From Hormiphora californensis (lineage: Eukaryota > Animalia > Ctenophora), in assembly GCA_020137815.1 (NCBI GenBank), contig CM035357.1, positions 248,001 through 312,000 of the forward strand: a stretch of DNA of 64,000 nucleotides, given 5' to 3'. The position numbers were made by a program, and so were the translations under genes. The notes beneath the pieces were generated by a model, which did not search any database, had not been told where the DNA came from, and was given only the letters and a program-made list of their open reading frames with translations. Positions within the stretch are counted from its first letter, which is position 1; each line of letters begins with the position of its first letter. Shown here piece by piece: positions 51,671 through 63,923 of the stretch.

Positions 51671-52807
51671 GTACAAGGCATATATTACAGGCAACAACAG
51701 ACTCTCTGTGCTGCAGACAACCCACACAGACAGAGAGACAGAGAGAGACAGAGGTTGCAGGGTGTGTAGGATGTAAGCGTATCTGCACAAGTAAGTTTGT
51801 GTGAGGAGAGAGATCAGGAAGAGAGAGAGGGGAGAGAGAGGGGAGAGAGATGATGGAGAGAGGTGATGGAGAGAGAGGTGAGAGAGATGATGGAGAGAGG
51901 TGATGGAGTGCTTGAAGCTTGCCGCAAGATATAGTAGCAACATATAGTGCAAACAGTTCCACCGCTTTGGAAATACACCCAAACATTAACGGAGAGGCCG
52001 GTTCCCGGTTCATGATAAGATATTAAGAACTCACCAGTGCAGCTACTATACAGTGAAACCCAAGCAACAAAGGTGCGTGGGACACCATGTCGTATCTCCT
52101 GTTCCTATTGAGTAAATGAGTCAAAGACTGGATCTTGAATACGTTGAAGATGGAACATAACAAAAAGATCTGAGGACCTTTTCGGTTTGGATCCTTATAG
52201 GATACCCTAGAATATCATGTCTTCTAACTGCTCGGTGGGTAGATCCTTTGTCCTCCAGTCTTCACTTCACGACGACTGTTTCTTCGCAGCCTCACTTCGG
52301 TCCTGTGCGGTACTCTTTTGTGAGACAATATTAACTGTAATTGTAACTACTATTGTCTATTCTGTACTATTCTAGATGACAGTTGTTGTACTTGTAAAGT
52401 GTGTATCTGATTGAGCACCAGATATAGTGCACTGTTTGATCACCACAATCACCTGACTTGTTACCGTGGTTAATGAGTGATTCTCAGAGAGAGAAGTATC
52501 TTACAGAGAAGTATCTTTTTCTAAACTTCCTATTTATACATTTCTTCTCTCTCTCTCTCTCTCTCTCTCACTCTCACTCTCTCTCTCTCACAATGTGTAT
52601 CACGTGATGTTTGTGTTTGTCTAAGGCTGCTGTTGCTGCACAGCATCTCACTTCCTGCCTGCACCCACACCCTGCCTATCCACTGTGTATTGTGTGACAC
52701 CCTGCTTGGCCTATTGCTGTCCTTTTCTTTAAATCTGACCCCTACGATCTAGATTTTTGTACAAAGACATATCATTTGCATTAAATAGTACTTTGTTCTA
52801 GAACGTC

Positions 52808-53008
52808 ATGTCGGTTTTGGAGACGATAGTCAATAGTGGAAAGAAGGTTCTTCCTCCCCCAGCCATACTCCTCTTCTGTCATATAGTCTTCTGCGTCTTT
52901 GGAACCATCGTATTATGTCTGAACCTTATGAGCAGTCCTAACACAGACTGGGCGAGCTACGTGACACTGTGAGTGTGTGTGAGTCTAGTAGGTGGAGAGA
53001 GAGGGAGG

Positions 53009-53092
<84 letters not shown>

Positions 53093-56000
53093 GCGCTATG
53101 ATAGACTCGAGCGAGTACTCGCGCCTCTCGCGGTCACGAGATCTTAGACTCCGAGCGCTATAGAGCTCGCGACTAGGTATATAGTAGTTCGATAGGGACT
53201 AGGGAGAGAAGGCGAAAGACATTGAACGGAAAACGCCAGGAAATTCTAGTTGGAATTCCCAGGGGCCTGTAGCGTATGCAAATGGTTCTAAGTGAAATTT
53301 CCCTATTCCCCTAAAACTACCTGCTCCCTACCTCCAAATGCAGGTTTGTTGGTGGGTTTCCTCTGTGTGTTGGTATTGCCTTCATCAAGTACAAACAGAC
53401 AGACAGCATTATTGCCGGAGTTCTCAGTGGGATCGTCTTCTTCTGCACCATAGTCGCTATTCAGGTAACTACTGCTACTAGACTGCTAGAGAAGCTATTC
53501 AGGTAACTAGATAGAAGCAGCTGCTGAAGTGATTAAATGAGGTGCATTATCAGCACATATCGCCGGTATAACTTCCTATTAGACAATTTTGACCGGTGAT
53601 CTAAGTTTTCACAGTGCACCGCTTCCGCTGGTTACAGTGCACTGTGAAAACTTAGACCACTGCAAAACACTAGTAATTATAAAGTAAAATACCGTTGCAG
53701 TGGTATGTGAAAAATTAGACACTTTCTAGTCACACACACAGTATAAACATTACGCCACTACTGCACACGCCCTAACCCTTATCTTTTCTTCCCCTCTGCA
53801 ACTATAGGTCACGTGATCGTCACGTGATGGCACCACCCCAATGAGCGTCCTGCATCTGCTTTCCCTCTCTGCCTTCGATTCTCTCTTTCCCTATCTCTCT
53901 CTCTCTCTCTCTCTCTCACACTCATTCTTTTTCTCTTTCTCTCTCTCTCACTCAATCTTTATCTCGTTCACTCAGTTTGTTTCCAAAATCATCTAATAAA
54001 ATTAGATGACTGCTTTTACATGCTCTATTACACAACAATAATGTTAAAGATTCTTTCACTTTTAGGCCTCGCAGGCTCGGCCCAAAAGTACAACTACAGA
54101 GCTCGCAGGCTCGCTCAGTAGTTACACTTAGCGTGCCTCGCAGGCTCGGCAGCTAAGTAAAAGGATCTACCTCGACCTCTCGGTCTCGGTTCATTATTGT
54201 TGTATTTAGAACACTCGGCCTTCGGCCTCGTGCACTAAATAGTAATAGACCATTTTAACCAGTCATCTAATCATATAATATGCTGCTATTCTGAATTATT
54301 GATACTTTTTGTTAAATAAAATTGTTCGTAACATTCTAGTGTGTCTGTGAAGCAGTTAACCGAAAACAGCCCTTAGAAGCTTTTATCTTTTTGGGAAAAA
54401 TCAGCGTATCATCGATTCGTAAAACCTTTTTGGGGAAAAATATATGCACAAGCCCAGTCAGCTCCCACTGTTAGTCCGATGCTCTGACACGTCCTCCAGT
54501 AGTTGTACCACGTCTCCAACAACATCCCCCCTCACTCCGCAGTACTGGCCATGGAGTGCCTGGTTGAACGACTCTAAAACCGGTCGATTATCCGCCTCTA
54601 AAGGACTCATCTTTAACTTTATCCGGCTAATTCTCCTCACCCCCATCGTGGTGGTGTACGGGTTGTGGTGCCGGAAAACCATTGAGAAGTTTTGGTCGCA
54701 GTGGGCAGCTGTTGAGAGCAAGACGGGGCTTGAGGACCAGGAGGGTGGGTCTACTACAGGATCATTCGATGACGTGGATGAGGCAGACTTTGTTAACAAG
54801 TGAGAGAAGAGCACAACTGCTGAAATATAGCACTGTTCGGCCTTTAAAACATGTATGAGAGAAACAGAGCACTGTTTGGGACTTGTGTGTGTACATGAAG
54901 CAGCTTTGTCAAAGAGGGTAGATAATTGTTTATGGAGCATATTTTAATGGGGTGTAAAATGATGTCTTTTTTGAAGCATTATTTCTGTTCATTCCAAATT
55001 AAAAGATTTCGTTTGAATGAATTTTGCTGTTATAAGTTGCCATATTGCTATAATAGACCCTAATTTTGGTATCATGTGATATCTGTGGGGATCTCTAGTA
55101 GAACACGAACAGAGCTACAGAATGTTACTAGTCTGCTGAGACTTCATCAGAGAGAATGCTCGACCACGGCCATGATGTATGTACAATGTACATGTCACAC
55201 CGTTCTATTAGAGTTCTACTAGAGTTTTCCCTAGCGTCCCTGTGTTCATGTTATAAATTGCTCTGCTGATACGTATAATTCTAGATCATGTATGCCAATT
55301 GCTAATATCCACATGTTCTCTCTGTTTCAGTGGTACCCCTGGTCAGCCATGTACATGCTAATGTATAAAATATATTGTATAATGAGCTAATATCTCTCTG
55401 TTTTCTGTTTCAGTGGTACCCCTGGTCAGCCTGGATTATAGGAAACTCAACCAACGCAACCATCTTCACAACCTTCAGGCTCATCTTCCAGATCCCCCTC
55501 GTCACATTCTACTCCATCCTACTACGGAGGAAAATAAGAAAGTTTTGTGTTGTGGTTGGGTCAGGGTTGGAGCGGGTACCTGCTAATGAGAATAATAAGA
55601 GACAAGGTAGTCCTGATAAGAGGAAGGAGGAACAGGAAGATGATGATGAGGAGTTCGTGGATGAATTTCAGAATGAGGAGAATCTCTATGAAAACTATGA
55701 TCGGAGAGTTCCAAACTAAATATGTTGCAGCGAATGAATGCGATGATGAATGAAGTGGAGAGAGAATGAATTTTGGGAGTTTTTGCTCTAAAAACCAATC
55801 GACTCTATGTTTGCGAAATTTAATTTTCAAATAATATTCATTTTTTATGTAATGTGACTTTATGGTGAATTGAATACTCAATAATTGTCAAAGCCATGTG
55901 TGTTCGTTCGTCGATACTTTACAGCATTATATGATTACAGTTTACTAATAGTAACCATAGTAACCGATTCCTTTCAGTACTGGCCCTGGGCAGCCTGGCT

Positions 56001-56253
56001 GACAACCCCTGCTCGCTCTATCGCATTCAACTTTATCCGACTCCTCCTCCTCTTCCCCTGTCTTATGGTATACGGTCTATGGTGCAAGAAACAAATTGAG
56101 AGATTCATCTACCGACCCATGGCGTACCCTTCAACCCTGGCAGTGGATGCTGAGGATGATGTTACAGCCAGTGAGACTAGGGGCAACCAGGCTCATCATA
56201 TTGAATACAGGGATGATGTGAGTTACCCTACTCCCCCCGAGAGTAGGATTTGA
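52808..56253 (+). CDS. Small 4-TM membrane protein of unknown family. Exons 52808-52968 and 53344-53464, then alternative last exons 54543-54803, 55414-55719 or 55978-56253
   Basis: Phase-consistent GT-AG joins: MSVLETIVNSGKKVLPPPAILLFCHIVFCVFG...IVFFCTIVAIQ. Each last exon starts cag|YWPW or cag|WYPW and shares an F.RL..P...Y hydrophobic segment and an acidic tail. Confidence 0.72.
54001..54271. mobile_element. Small inverted-repeat element with internal GC hairpins
   Basis: attagatgactg ... cagtcatctaat, with internal ctcgcaggctcg repeats. Confidence 0.45.
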
Positions 56254-57021
56254 GAAGTGGGATCTCGAGGGTAGGATTTGAGATGTGGGATTATAATGAG
56301 ATTCCGAGAGAAGGATTTGAGAAGTACAGCTGAATTTAATGAAGAATCTAAACTTTCCAATGTTTTAGATTGTCCTGAGTGACCATGGCGACCAATAGAA
56401 ACCTGCCCTAGTGACCAGTAGAATTTGAACGATCTGTGCGGATATTTGGGTTGTGGGTAAACTAAAAGACGATTAAAATCACTAACGAGCTAAATTTTAC
56501 TGTTTTATCCGTTTGTTAATTGTTACTGAGCTAAAGAATTTAATCCATTTTGTTTAGTTGTAAATATTCATCTTAAATCTTAATATCCAATATCCAGCTC
56601 TGATCTTGTTAAACCAAACATCCGACCACAATTGAGGACAAGTCTAGTCCAGCATACCTCACTATTACTACATACATCCAGTGTCTGTCCTATTGCTCAC
56701 ACATCACAGTACTTTGAAGCACATCACAGTACTGACCATCCTATATATCGCTCACACACTGTATCTCACTCAAGGACAGTCACACACAAAAAGCTATGTT
56801 TACTTTCCGCTAGCTTACACATCGCGGGGGTGGGGAGGATATTAAGAGTGTTGAGAGATCAGACTCAACATTCTTCTCATTTCTCATTGCTGCTGCTGTT
56901 GATCAGTAACAACACGTTAGTAACAACATTGATCTGCTAACTCTGTGATAACACGTCACATTATAGTAACACCAGCTGTCTTTGTGCTAACAACTGACAT
57001 TGATCTGCTGTCTTTGTGATC

Positions 57022-57450
57022 ATGTCCTATCAGAACAACTACCAGACAACACCGCCACAAGGTTACCAGTATCCTGCTACTAGTCCACAACAGGCCTACC
57101 CAACTAACCAACAAGCCTACCAACAACCGACCTATGTGACTCCGACAGCTCCTTCAGCACCCGCTAAACCAGCAGCAGCAGGACCACAGCCCGTTTATCA
57201 CGTGAACACCCCTCCCCCAGCCTACGCAGCAGCACAGCCCATACCCCCTAATTACCCCCGGCAACAGCAACAGCCCTACAGAGCGTACCCTGTTGCACCG
57301 GGTCCTGTTCCGCCCACCCGGTACCAGCCAGCACCAGTGAGACAGCCATACCCATATGGACCCCCTCCGATGCCTCCCCCTGGTCCACCTCCTCCAAGGG
57401 GTGGTCCACCAATGCTCCCATTTCCCTGCTGTCTGTGTACCATCATATAG
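57022..57450 (+). CDS. Pro/Gln/Tyr-rich protein ending CCLCTII (CaaX), 142 aa
   Basis: Single ORF MSYQNNYQTTPPQGYQYP...PMLPFPCCLCTII*. Confidence 0.8.
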   Translation: MSYQNNYQTTPPQGYQYPATSPQQAYPTNQQAYQQPTYVTPTAPSAPAKPAAAGPQPVYHVNTPPPAYAAAQPIPPNYPRQQQQPYRAYPVAPGPVPPTRYQPAPVRQPYPYGPPPMPPPGPPPPRGGPPMLPFPCCLCTII

Positions 57451-57820
57451 CAAGGTAGCAAGCTTGTTGAGTAACACATCGTGTAGCAAGTAATAACAAT
57501 AGCAAGCTGGGACCTTAGAACATAAACAAGTGGTTTTAAGCTGGGATTTAGGACACAACCACTTAAGTGGGGATTTAGAAAATATGTAATGGTTTACAGC
57601 CGGACTGTAGCATGATTTGATGATAGCATGGGTGTATATTTTTTAATTTCTTTTGAAACTTTTACTTCCACTCCTCACGACCACACTTTCTTTCTTACTC
57701 CTTCATTAACTTATTTTCTGATTTATAAAACGATTTTGTTTCAATACATACCCGAACAAAACCCCAAACTCTATGAAACCCCTCAGCTCCATAATATATA
57801 TTTTAGCTAGACAAGTTACC

Positions 57821-57904
57821 ATGCCTCCTCCCCCCGGACCCCCACCTCCTCCTCCACCTCCACCTCCAGGTGGACCCCCTTGTCCATGCTGCATCATCCT
57901 ATAA
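57821..57904 (+). CDS. 27-aa polyproline CaaX microprotein MPPPPGPPPPPPPPPPGGPPCPCCIIL
   Basis: Hand-translated; below the ORF-track cutoff. Acceptor ttttag lies 14 nt upstream. The C-terminus matches its neighbours. Confidence 0.72.
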   Translation: MPPPPGPPPPPPPPPPGGPPCPCCIIL

Positions 57905-58237
57905 TTACCCCTACATAAGAATAATTGCATTATGTATTCATAATGCGGTGTTTCCCTGCCCCAGATGGGTGTAAAATTGATGACTAAGCTTCAAAACTGG
58001 ATTTTCCGATGAATTTTGCATTCTAAGAGCAATTTTTGGCTGATATGATGTTAGTTGCTATGGTTTCTTTTGAAACTTTTACTTCCACTCCTCACGACCA
58101 CACTTTCTTTCTTACTCCTTCATTAACTTATTTTCTGATTTATAAAACGATTTTGTTTCAATACATACCCGAACAAAACCCCAAACTCTATGAAACCCCT
58201 CAGCTCCATAATATATATTTTAGCTAGACAAGTTACC

Positions 58238-58321
58238 ATGCCTCCTCCCCCCGGACCCCCACCTCCTCCTCCACCTCCACCTCCAGGTGGACCCCCTTGT
58301 CCATGCTGCATCATCCTATAA
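58238..58321 (+). CDS. Identical second copy of the 27-aa CaaX microprotein
   Basis: Part of a direct duplication of about 270 bp (57647-57915 and 58064-58332, offset 417). Confidence 0.7.
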   Translation: MPPPPGPPPPPPPPPPGGPPCPCCIIL

Positions 58322-58723
58322 TTACCCCTACATGGATATGAAATCTCAATGATATGGACTCAACATGGACTTGATATGGACTCAATGATATGGACTCAAT
58401 GATATGATCGGAGATCGCCAGAAACTACGTGGCTGAACCCTTAACCCTGATTGTTATAAGGAAGACTCAAAGCATGACCAAAGCCCAAAATATTCTTTTT
58501 ACTCTTTCTTATCTTTTTAACCACAACTCTTACAATTAATCTTATCTTCCTTTCTTATCTAATTATTTTTAGTGTAATTTTGATTCAAATAAAAAAGTTT
58601 TAATAAATCAACTGTTTTACTCAACTATTTTACTCCATTCCGTCACCTGTTATTACAATATTAACCCCTAATGCCTTTTAAACCTTACCCACAGCTAACC
58701 AGTAACCAGAGTTTTTAGCGATC

Positions 58724-58948
58724 ATGGAACATCATCATCCTGAAGGTGGACCTGGTGGCCCCTACGGACCTAGACCTGGTGGTCCTTATGGTCCTGATCC
58801 CTATGGTGCCCCTCCGCCTGGCCCGTATCATGCTCCTCCTCCTCCCCCTCATCATTATAGTCCTTTTGGCCCTCCACCCCCACCACCTCCCCCACCACCC
58901 CACCACCATGGACCTCCTGGACCGTGCTGCTGTTGCCTTATCCTATAA
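58724..58948 (+). CDS. 74-aa Pro/Gly/His-rich protein ending CCCCLIL (CaaX)
   Basis: ORF track. Acceptor ttttag lies 5 nt before the ATG. Confidence 0.8.
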   Translation: MEHHHPEGGPGGPYGPRPGGPYGPDPYGAPPPGPYHAPPPPPHHYSPFGPPPPPPPPPPHHHGPPGPCCCCLIL

Positions 58949-59559
58949 TATGGAGGATGTAGAGCCATTGACAGACGCTCCTGTGCAAGTTGAAAGAGTG
59001 TCAGACTACTGCTCAACAGCAGGGAGGCAGGTCTTTATCGATTCATCGATTTATCTGGTTGGTGAATGGGACCATCAACTGTTTTATAATCCGAGCCAAG
59101 ACCCATGCCAAGATGCTTGGCTCATCAAACCCCTATTGAAAACAAACAAACAGTCTCTGTAAATATGTGTATAATGTGTATGTAATTTATGTGTATGTAA
59201 TTTATTTCTTCTTATTAATTTTCATATAATTATTCAGTAATCATTTCAAATTATATAACTTAGAAAAGCATTTTTCCGATTTTGTTTTGGTCAAAATAAA
59301 TTTTCAAACAAGCTACATTTTCACACAATGCATATTTTCATTGCACATTTTTACAACCAACCGAAATAACTCCAACAAACAAGAACAAAACGACCACGAC
59401 ATTATGTTATAGTGGGTATCCGGTATTACTACATAGATGCTATACCAGTTCAATATTGAATCGATTTGCTGCCACTTGAAACCCTAATGCCATCCACACA
59501 CTTTCAGTACCCAACCCCAGACGTATTCAAGAATCAATTGCTATTTAGCCCACTAAAAC

Positions 59560-60846
59560 CCCACCCCACCCATCCACTCAACTACCCTCTCAATAGCTAT
59601 ATAAAATGCCTCCACCCCACACCATCCCACTACCCCACCCCACCTACACCAACCCCTCCACCCCACCCCAAACCACCCCACCCACTCAACTATCCACCCT
59701 CTCAATAGCTATATAAAAGATGCCTCCCACCCCACCCCACCTCCACCCTACCCGACCACCACTGACCCCGCCCCACCCCCACTCAACAACACACCCTCTC
59801 AATACCTATATAAAATGCCTCCCACCCCACCCACTCAACAACCCACCTCCACCCACCCCTCCACCCAAAGCCCGCCCCTCCACCCCACCCCACCCCTCCA
59901 CCCCCTCCACCCCACCCCATCACACTCAACTATATCCACCCTCTCAATAGCTATATAAAATGCCTCCACCCCACCCCACCCCACCCACCCACTCAACTAC
60001 CCACCCTCTCAATAGCTATATAAAATGCCTCCACCCCACCCCACCCCACCACCCCAAACCCACCCCACCAACCCAACCCCACCACCCCACCCCACCCCAC
60101 CCCACCCCACCCCACCCCACCCCACCCCACCCACCCCACCCTCACTCAACTACCCTCTCAATAGGTATATAAGATGCCTCCACCCCCACCCCACCCCCAC
60201 CCTCACTCAACTATATCCACCCTCTCAATAGCTATATAAGATGCCTCCACCCCACCCCACCCCAAACCACCCCACCCACTCAACTATCCACCCTCTCAAT
60301 AGCTATATAAAAGATGCCTCCCACCCCACCCCACCTCCACCCTACCCACCCACCACTGACCCCGCCCCACCCCCACTCAACAACACACCCTCTCAATAGC
60401 TATATAAAATGCCTCCCACCCCACCCACTCAACAACCCACCTCCACCCACCCCTCCACCCAAAGCCCGCCCCTCCACCCCACCCCACCCCTCCACCCCAC
60501 CCACCCCACCCCATCACACTCAACTATATCCACCCTCTCAATAGCTATATAAAATGCCTCCACCCCACCCCACCCCACCCACCCACTCAACTACCCACCC
60601 TCTCAATAGCTATATAAAATGCCTCCACCCCACCCCCACCCCACCCCACCCTCACTCAACTATATCCACCCTCTCAATAGCTATATAAGATGCCTCCACC
60701 CCACCCACTCCACCCCACCCCACCCTCACTCAACTATATCCACCCTCTCAATAGCTATATAAGATGCCTCCACCCCACCCACTCCACCCCACCCCACCCT
60801 CAATCAACTATATACACCTTCTCAATAGCTATATAAAATGCCTCCC
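59560..60846 (+). repeat. C-rich tandem array repeating the acceptor plus ATG of the next microprotein gene
   Basis: ctctcaatag|ctatataaaATGcctcc recurs about 14-15 times between (CCCCA)n spacers. Only the last copy continues into the CaaX ORF. Confidence 0.88.
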
Positions 60847-61390
60847 GGTGGTGGACATGGTGGTGGTCACGGTCACGGACACGGACACGGCGGACCTGGT
60901 GGACCCCGAGAGGGACCTTGTAAGTGTAATCAGCAATTCTAAGCTCAGAATAGAAAAATTAGAGTTAGATGATCGTAATTATGATAGTTGATAGTAGCCT
61001 TGTTACATGAAAGAAGCTGTCAGATACTATTTATTGCTAGGAAGAAGCACTGTTTGGACGAGCTCCGAAAGTTCTATCGAGCCCTGCCTTTGATTGCCAT
61101 AGCAACTGCATTGGTTACCATAGAAACTGCATTGGTTACCATGCCGACCTTGTCCCGTAGTTGGTGGTTACCACTGCACTCCTGAGACCTGTCCGTGTGC
61201 AATCTGTAAGTAGCTCTCATTTGAAGCTCATCTCTCATATAATAATTACACGATATATTCGATGAAATTTGGATCGGTGAACGGTCTATTCCATAATCCT
61301 GGAACGGTCATTGCTCTTTCAAACCCCTTGCTCTGTTTATTTCTCTTTCAGCGGTCAATCTTTTCAGGTTGCTGTTGTGTGATACTATAA
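60838..61390 (+). CDS. 34-aa Gly/His-rich CaaX microprotein MPPGGGHGGGHGHGHGHGGPGGPREGPCCCCVIL. Exons 60838-60919 and 61368-61390; alternative last exon 61633-61658 gives CGCCCIIL
   Basis: Phase-1 intron T|gtaagt ... ttttcag|GT restores the family C-terminus. Confidence 0.72.
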
Positions 61391-62165
61391 ACACACTGGA
61401 ATTCCGTTATATTCCATACACATGACCAGTAACTTAAAGTAAGCATCAATTAGTTTCAATTCGGTCCAATGGGGTTTCAAACTGAATCGCACTGTTTTCC
61501 TGGAATCAGCACATTTCATTTAATTGCTGAATTTGCTATAAATAATCGCTATATAGTGGTGTAAACTCTAGGTACACGTCTTTACACCTCTTCACTCATA
61601 CAAAGTACTATGACAATCTCCATCCTTCCCAGGTGGATGTTGCTGTATTATCTTGTAAAGACCTGAACACGTCATCTTATACCTGACGATCATTGTATAT
61701 ACATGATTCACTCGTGCAGTGGAGGATTTAACAGAGAACAAAAGACAATGAATGTTGTTGTTTATTAACTCATTTTTAGATCGTTTGGAGCCCTTTGATA
61801 AACTTTTGTTTTACTGTTCGATTTAGATATGACCCCACAACTTCCCTAATTGCCCTAGCGAATTTCCTTATCAACAAACCGCTATCTTCCCAACCGGTCT
61901 CTAAAACCCGGCCCCTTCTGATAATGTAATGAACTGTCCCTACATTTCAATCCACCCTAATGAGCTACCATTTCTAACACAAAACCTTCTGTTCAATTAT
62001 ACTAACACCTCTAACACCACCACCACACACTGTTATTTAGTCTCTAACATCTCTAACACCACCTCTTCTGCCATATAGCATCCTATCTATCCAACCCTAC
62101 TAACACAACTCTAACACATAATATCTAACACCACCTCTTCTGTCTAGCATCCTATCTATCTAAAC

Positions 62166-62679
62166 ATGCCACCAGCTGGACGAGGAGGAGAGGGTGGAGG
62201 CCGAGGAGGAGGCGGCGGTGGAGGTGAGTTAGCTGACAAAACCGATCTTTTATCAGAACCCACCAAAGATTCAGAGTTGCCTTCTACCAAACCACCACCA
62301 GCATCATCACCCATGCCACTTATGTCAGGGGAAAATGATCCTCGACCCCAGCACCCCTCATGTCACCCTCCTGACCAGTCTCACAAGCTTTTTACAAGAC
62401 ATAATGCAGGTAGCTGTTTATTATAGACAGCTACCCCCTGTTTGCACCCGACCCTGTTCCACACTCAGTCACCCCTGCCTATAGTTTGTACCCGATTCCC
62501 TTGTGGGTTCAAACTAGACAACACTGTTACCCCTGCACTCCTCTAAGACACTCATCATTAGAAGTTCGTTGTCATAAAACCACGCGATCTCACTTTTGTA
62601 GTAAACCCTTCCGCTAAATCATGAATTTCTTTCAGGTCACGGCCACGAAGAGGAGAAGGGATGCTGTATCATCTTGTAG
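62166..62679 (+). CDS. 33-aa Gly-rich CaaX microprotein MPPAGRGGEGGGRGGGGGGGHGHEEEKGCCIIL. Exons 62166-62223 and 62636-62679
   Basis: Phase-1 intron G|gtgagt ... tttcag|GT. Confidence 0.75.
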
Positions 62680-63199
62680 ATCCAATCAAGTGATTCAATC
62701 GAATCCTCTGGTGATCATTCAATCGGATCGAGAATCTGTGTGGCTTACACCGCTCTGTGAGGATTCGGAACACGTCCGATGTGAACACAAAGATTGAATT
62801 CGGAGTGAAACAAGGCAATTTTAGAAGTACTGTAGAGTGACATGGACACTTCATTGCTCTGGTGTGATGTTTTGATGTTTTGATATTTTTGTTTTTCGTA
62901 AGATTATATTTTGTTTCAATCATCCTTTGAAATTCCCCGAAACTCCCCAATAAACCATCTGAATGTCCACTGAGTGTTGAGCCTTCTTTCTCTCGTCCAG
63001 ATCCAGCTCCCAATTTTCACTGCCAAGCCTTCTGTCCCCACCTCAATCCTGAGCTATTCAGAAGCTTGTTATAACCCAATCAATCCCAAAGCAATGTATA
63101 ACTCAACTTCTCTTTTCCAAGTCTTCCAGCTCCCATAACCGACCCAATCTTAAGCTATTGTATAGCTAATTTAACCATCACTCTCTCATGTTTAGCATA

Positions 63200-63490
63200 A
63201 TGCCAGGCGCCAGTAAAGAAGGGAGTAAGGCGGGTGATAAGGGTGGGGAACCCAAACCTGCTGGCGGATCACCCAAACCTGAACCAGGTAACATGATTCG
63301 ATTTTGTTAATTTCCCTCAGCCAGAAGCTGGGTAAGAAAGCATGTTTTTGGTAGTAATTACATTGAATTTAATCAATGCTTTCATTTCCTCTTTGAATTA
63401 GAATTGTTAGATGCTAGCCCTCTTTTCGTTGCAGGTGCCCCGGGAGGACAAGAGGAACCCGCTGAACAAGGATGTTGTATCCTCCTCTAG
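63200..63490 (+). CDS. 47-aa CaaX microprotein MPGASKEGSKAGDKGGEPKPAGGSPKPEPGAPGGQEEPAEQGCCILL. Exons 63200-63287 and 63435-63490
   Basis: Phase-1 intron G|gtaaca ... ttgcag|GT. Acceptor tttag lies 4 nt before the ATG. Confidence 0.75.
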
Positions 63491-63923
63491 ATATCTTCTA
63501 GATTGTTCTATAATCTTCTAGATCCGTCTAGAATCATCTAGATCTCCTCTAGATCCTTCCGTCTTTTATATTTCCCATCCTGAGTCCTGTTTTCTTGGAA
63601 CTGGGGTGGGTGGTACAGCCCCGGTACAGCCACCGTGGTTGTACATCACATGTAGAAAATATCTTCCTCTGATCCCAAAAGAGATAAAACACAACTATCC
63701 ATTGAGATTACTACTCGCATGAAACAGCTGGACTGATGTCAGAACTGTAGATATTTTGTTTCTTTGTTTGTTGTCAGTGTTTTCAGAGTACAGCAGAGTT
63801 TATTATGATGAAGCATGAATATATTAGGGCTTAGGCTCTGTTTTCAATTTTTTGACCACAGCAGAATTCGAGTTATTTTTTTTACGAAAAACATCCTTTC
63901 TTTCTTTGAAACACATTTTCAAA

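Noticed and set aside
51166-52013. VTMVT / CYHGY / LPWL repeat ORFs (also 37922-38285 and 39793-40177)
   Set aside because: Translations of ccatggtaac tandem repeats.
59466-60991. Multiple PPHPT-rich ORFs as additional microproteins
   Set aside because: Repeat-derived and lacking the Cys/CaaX end. Only the ATG at 60838 leads to a family-type product.
62166-62426. Unspliced 86-aa ORF ending CLL
   Set aside because: A strong donor at 62224 and an in-phase exon giving GCCIIL fit the family better. SCLL does not place Cys fourth from the end.
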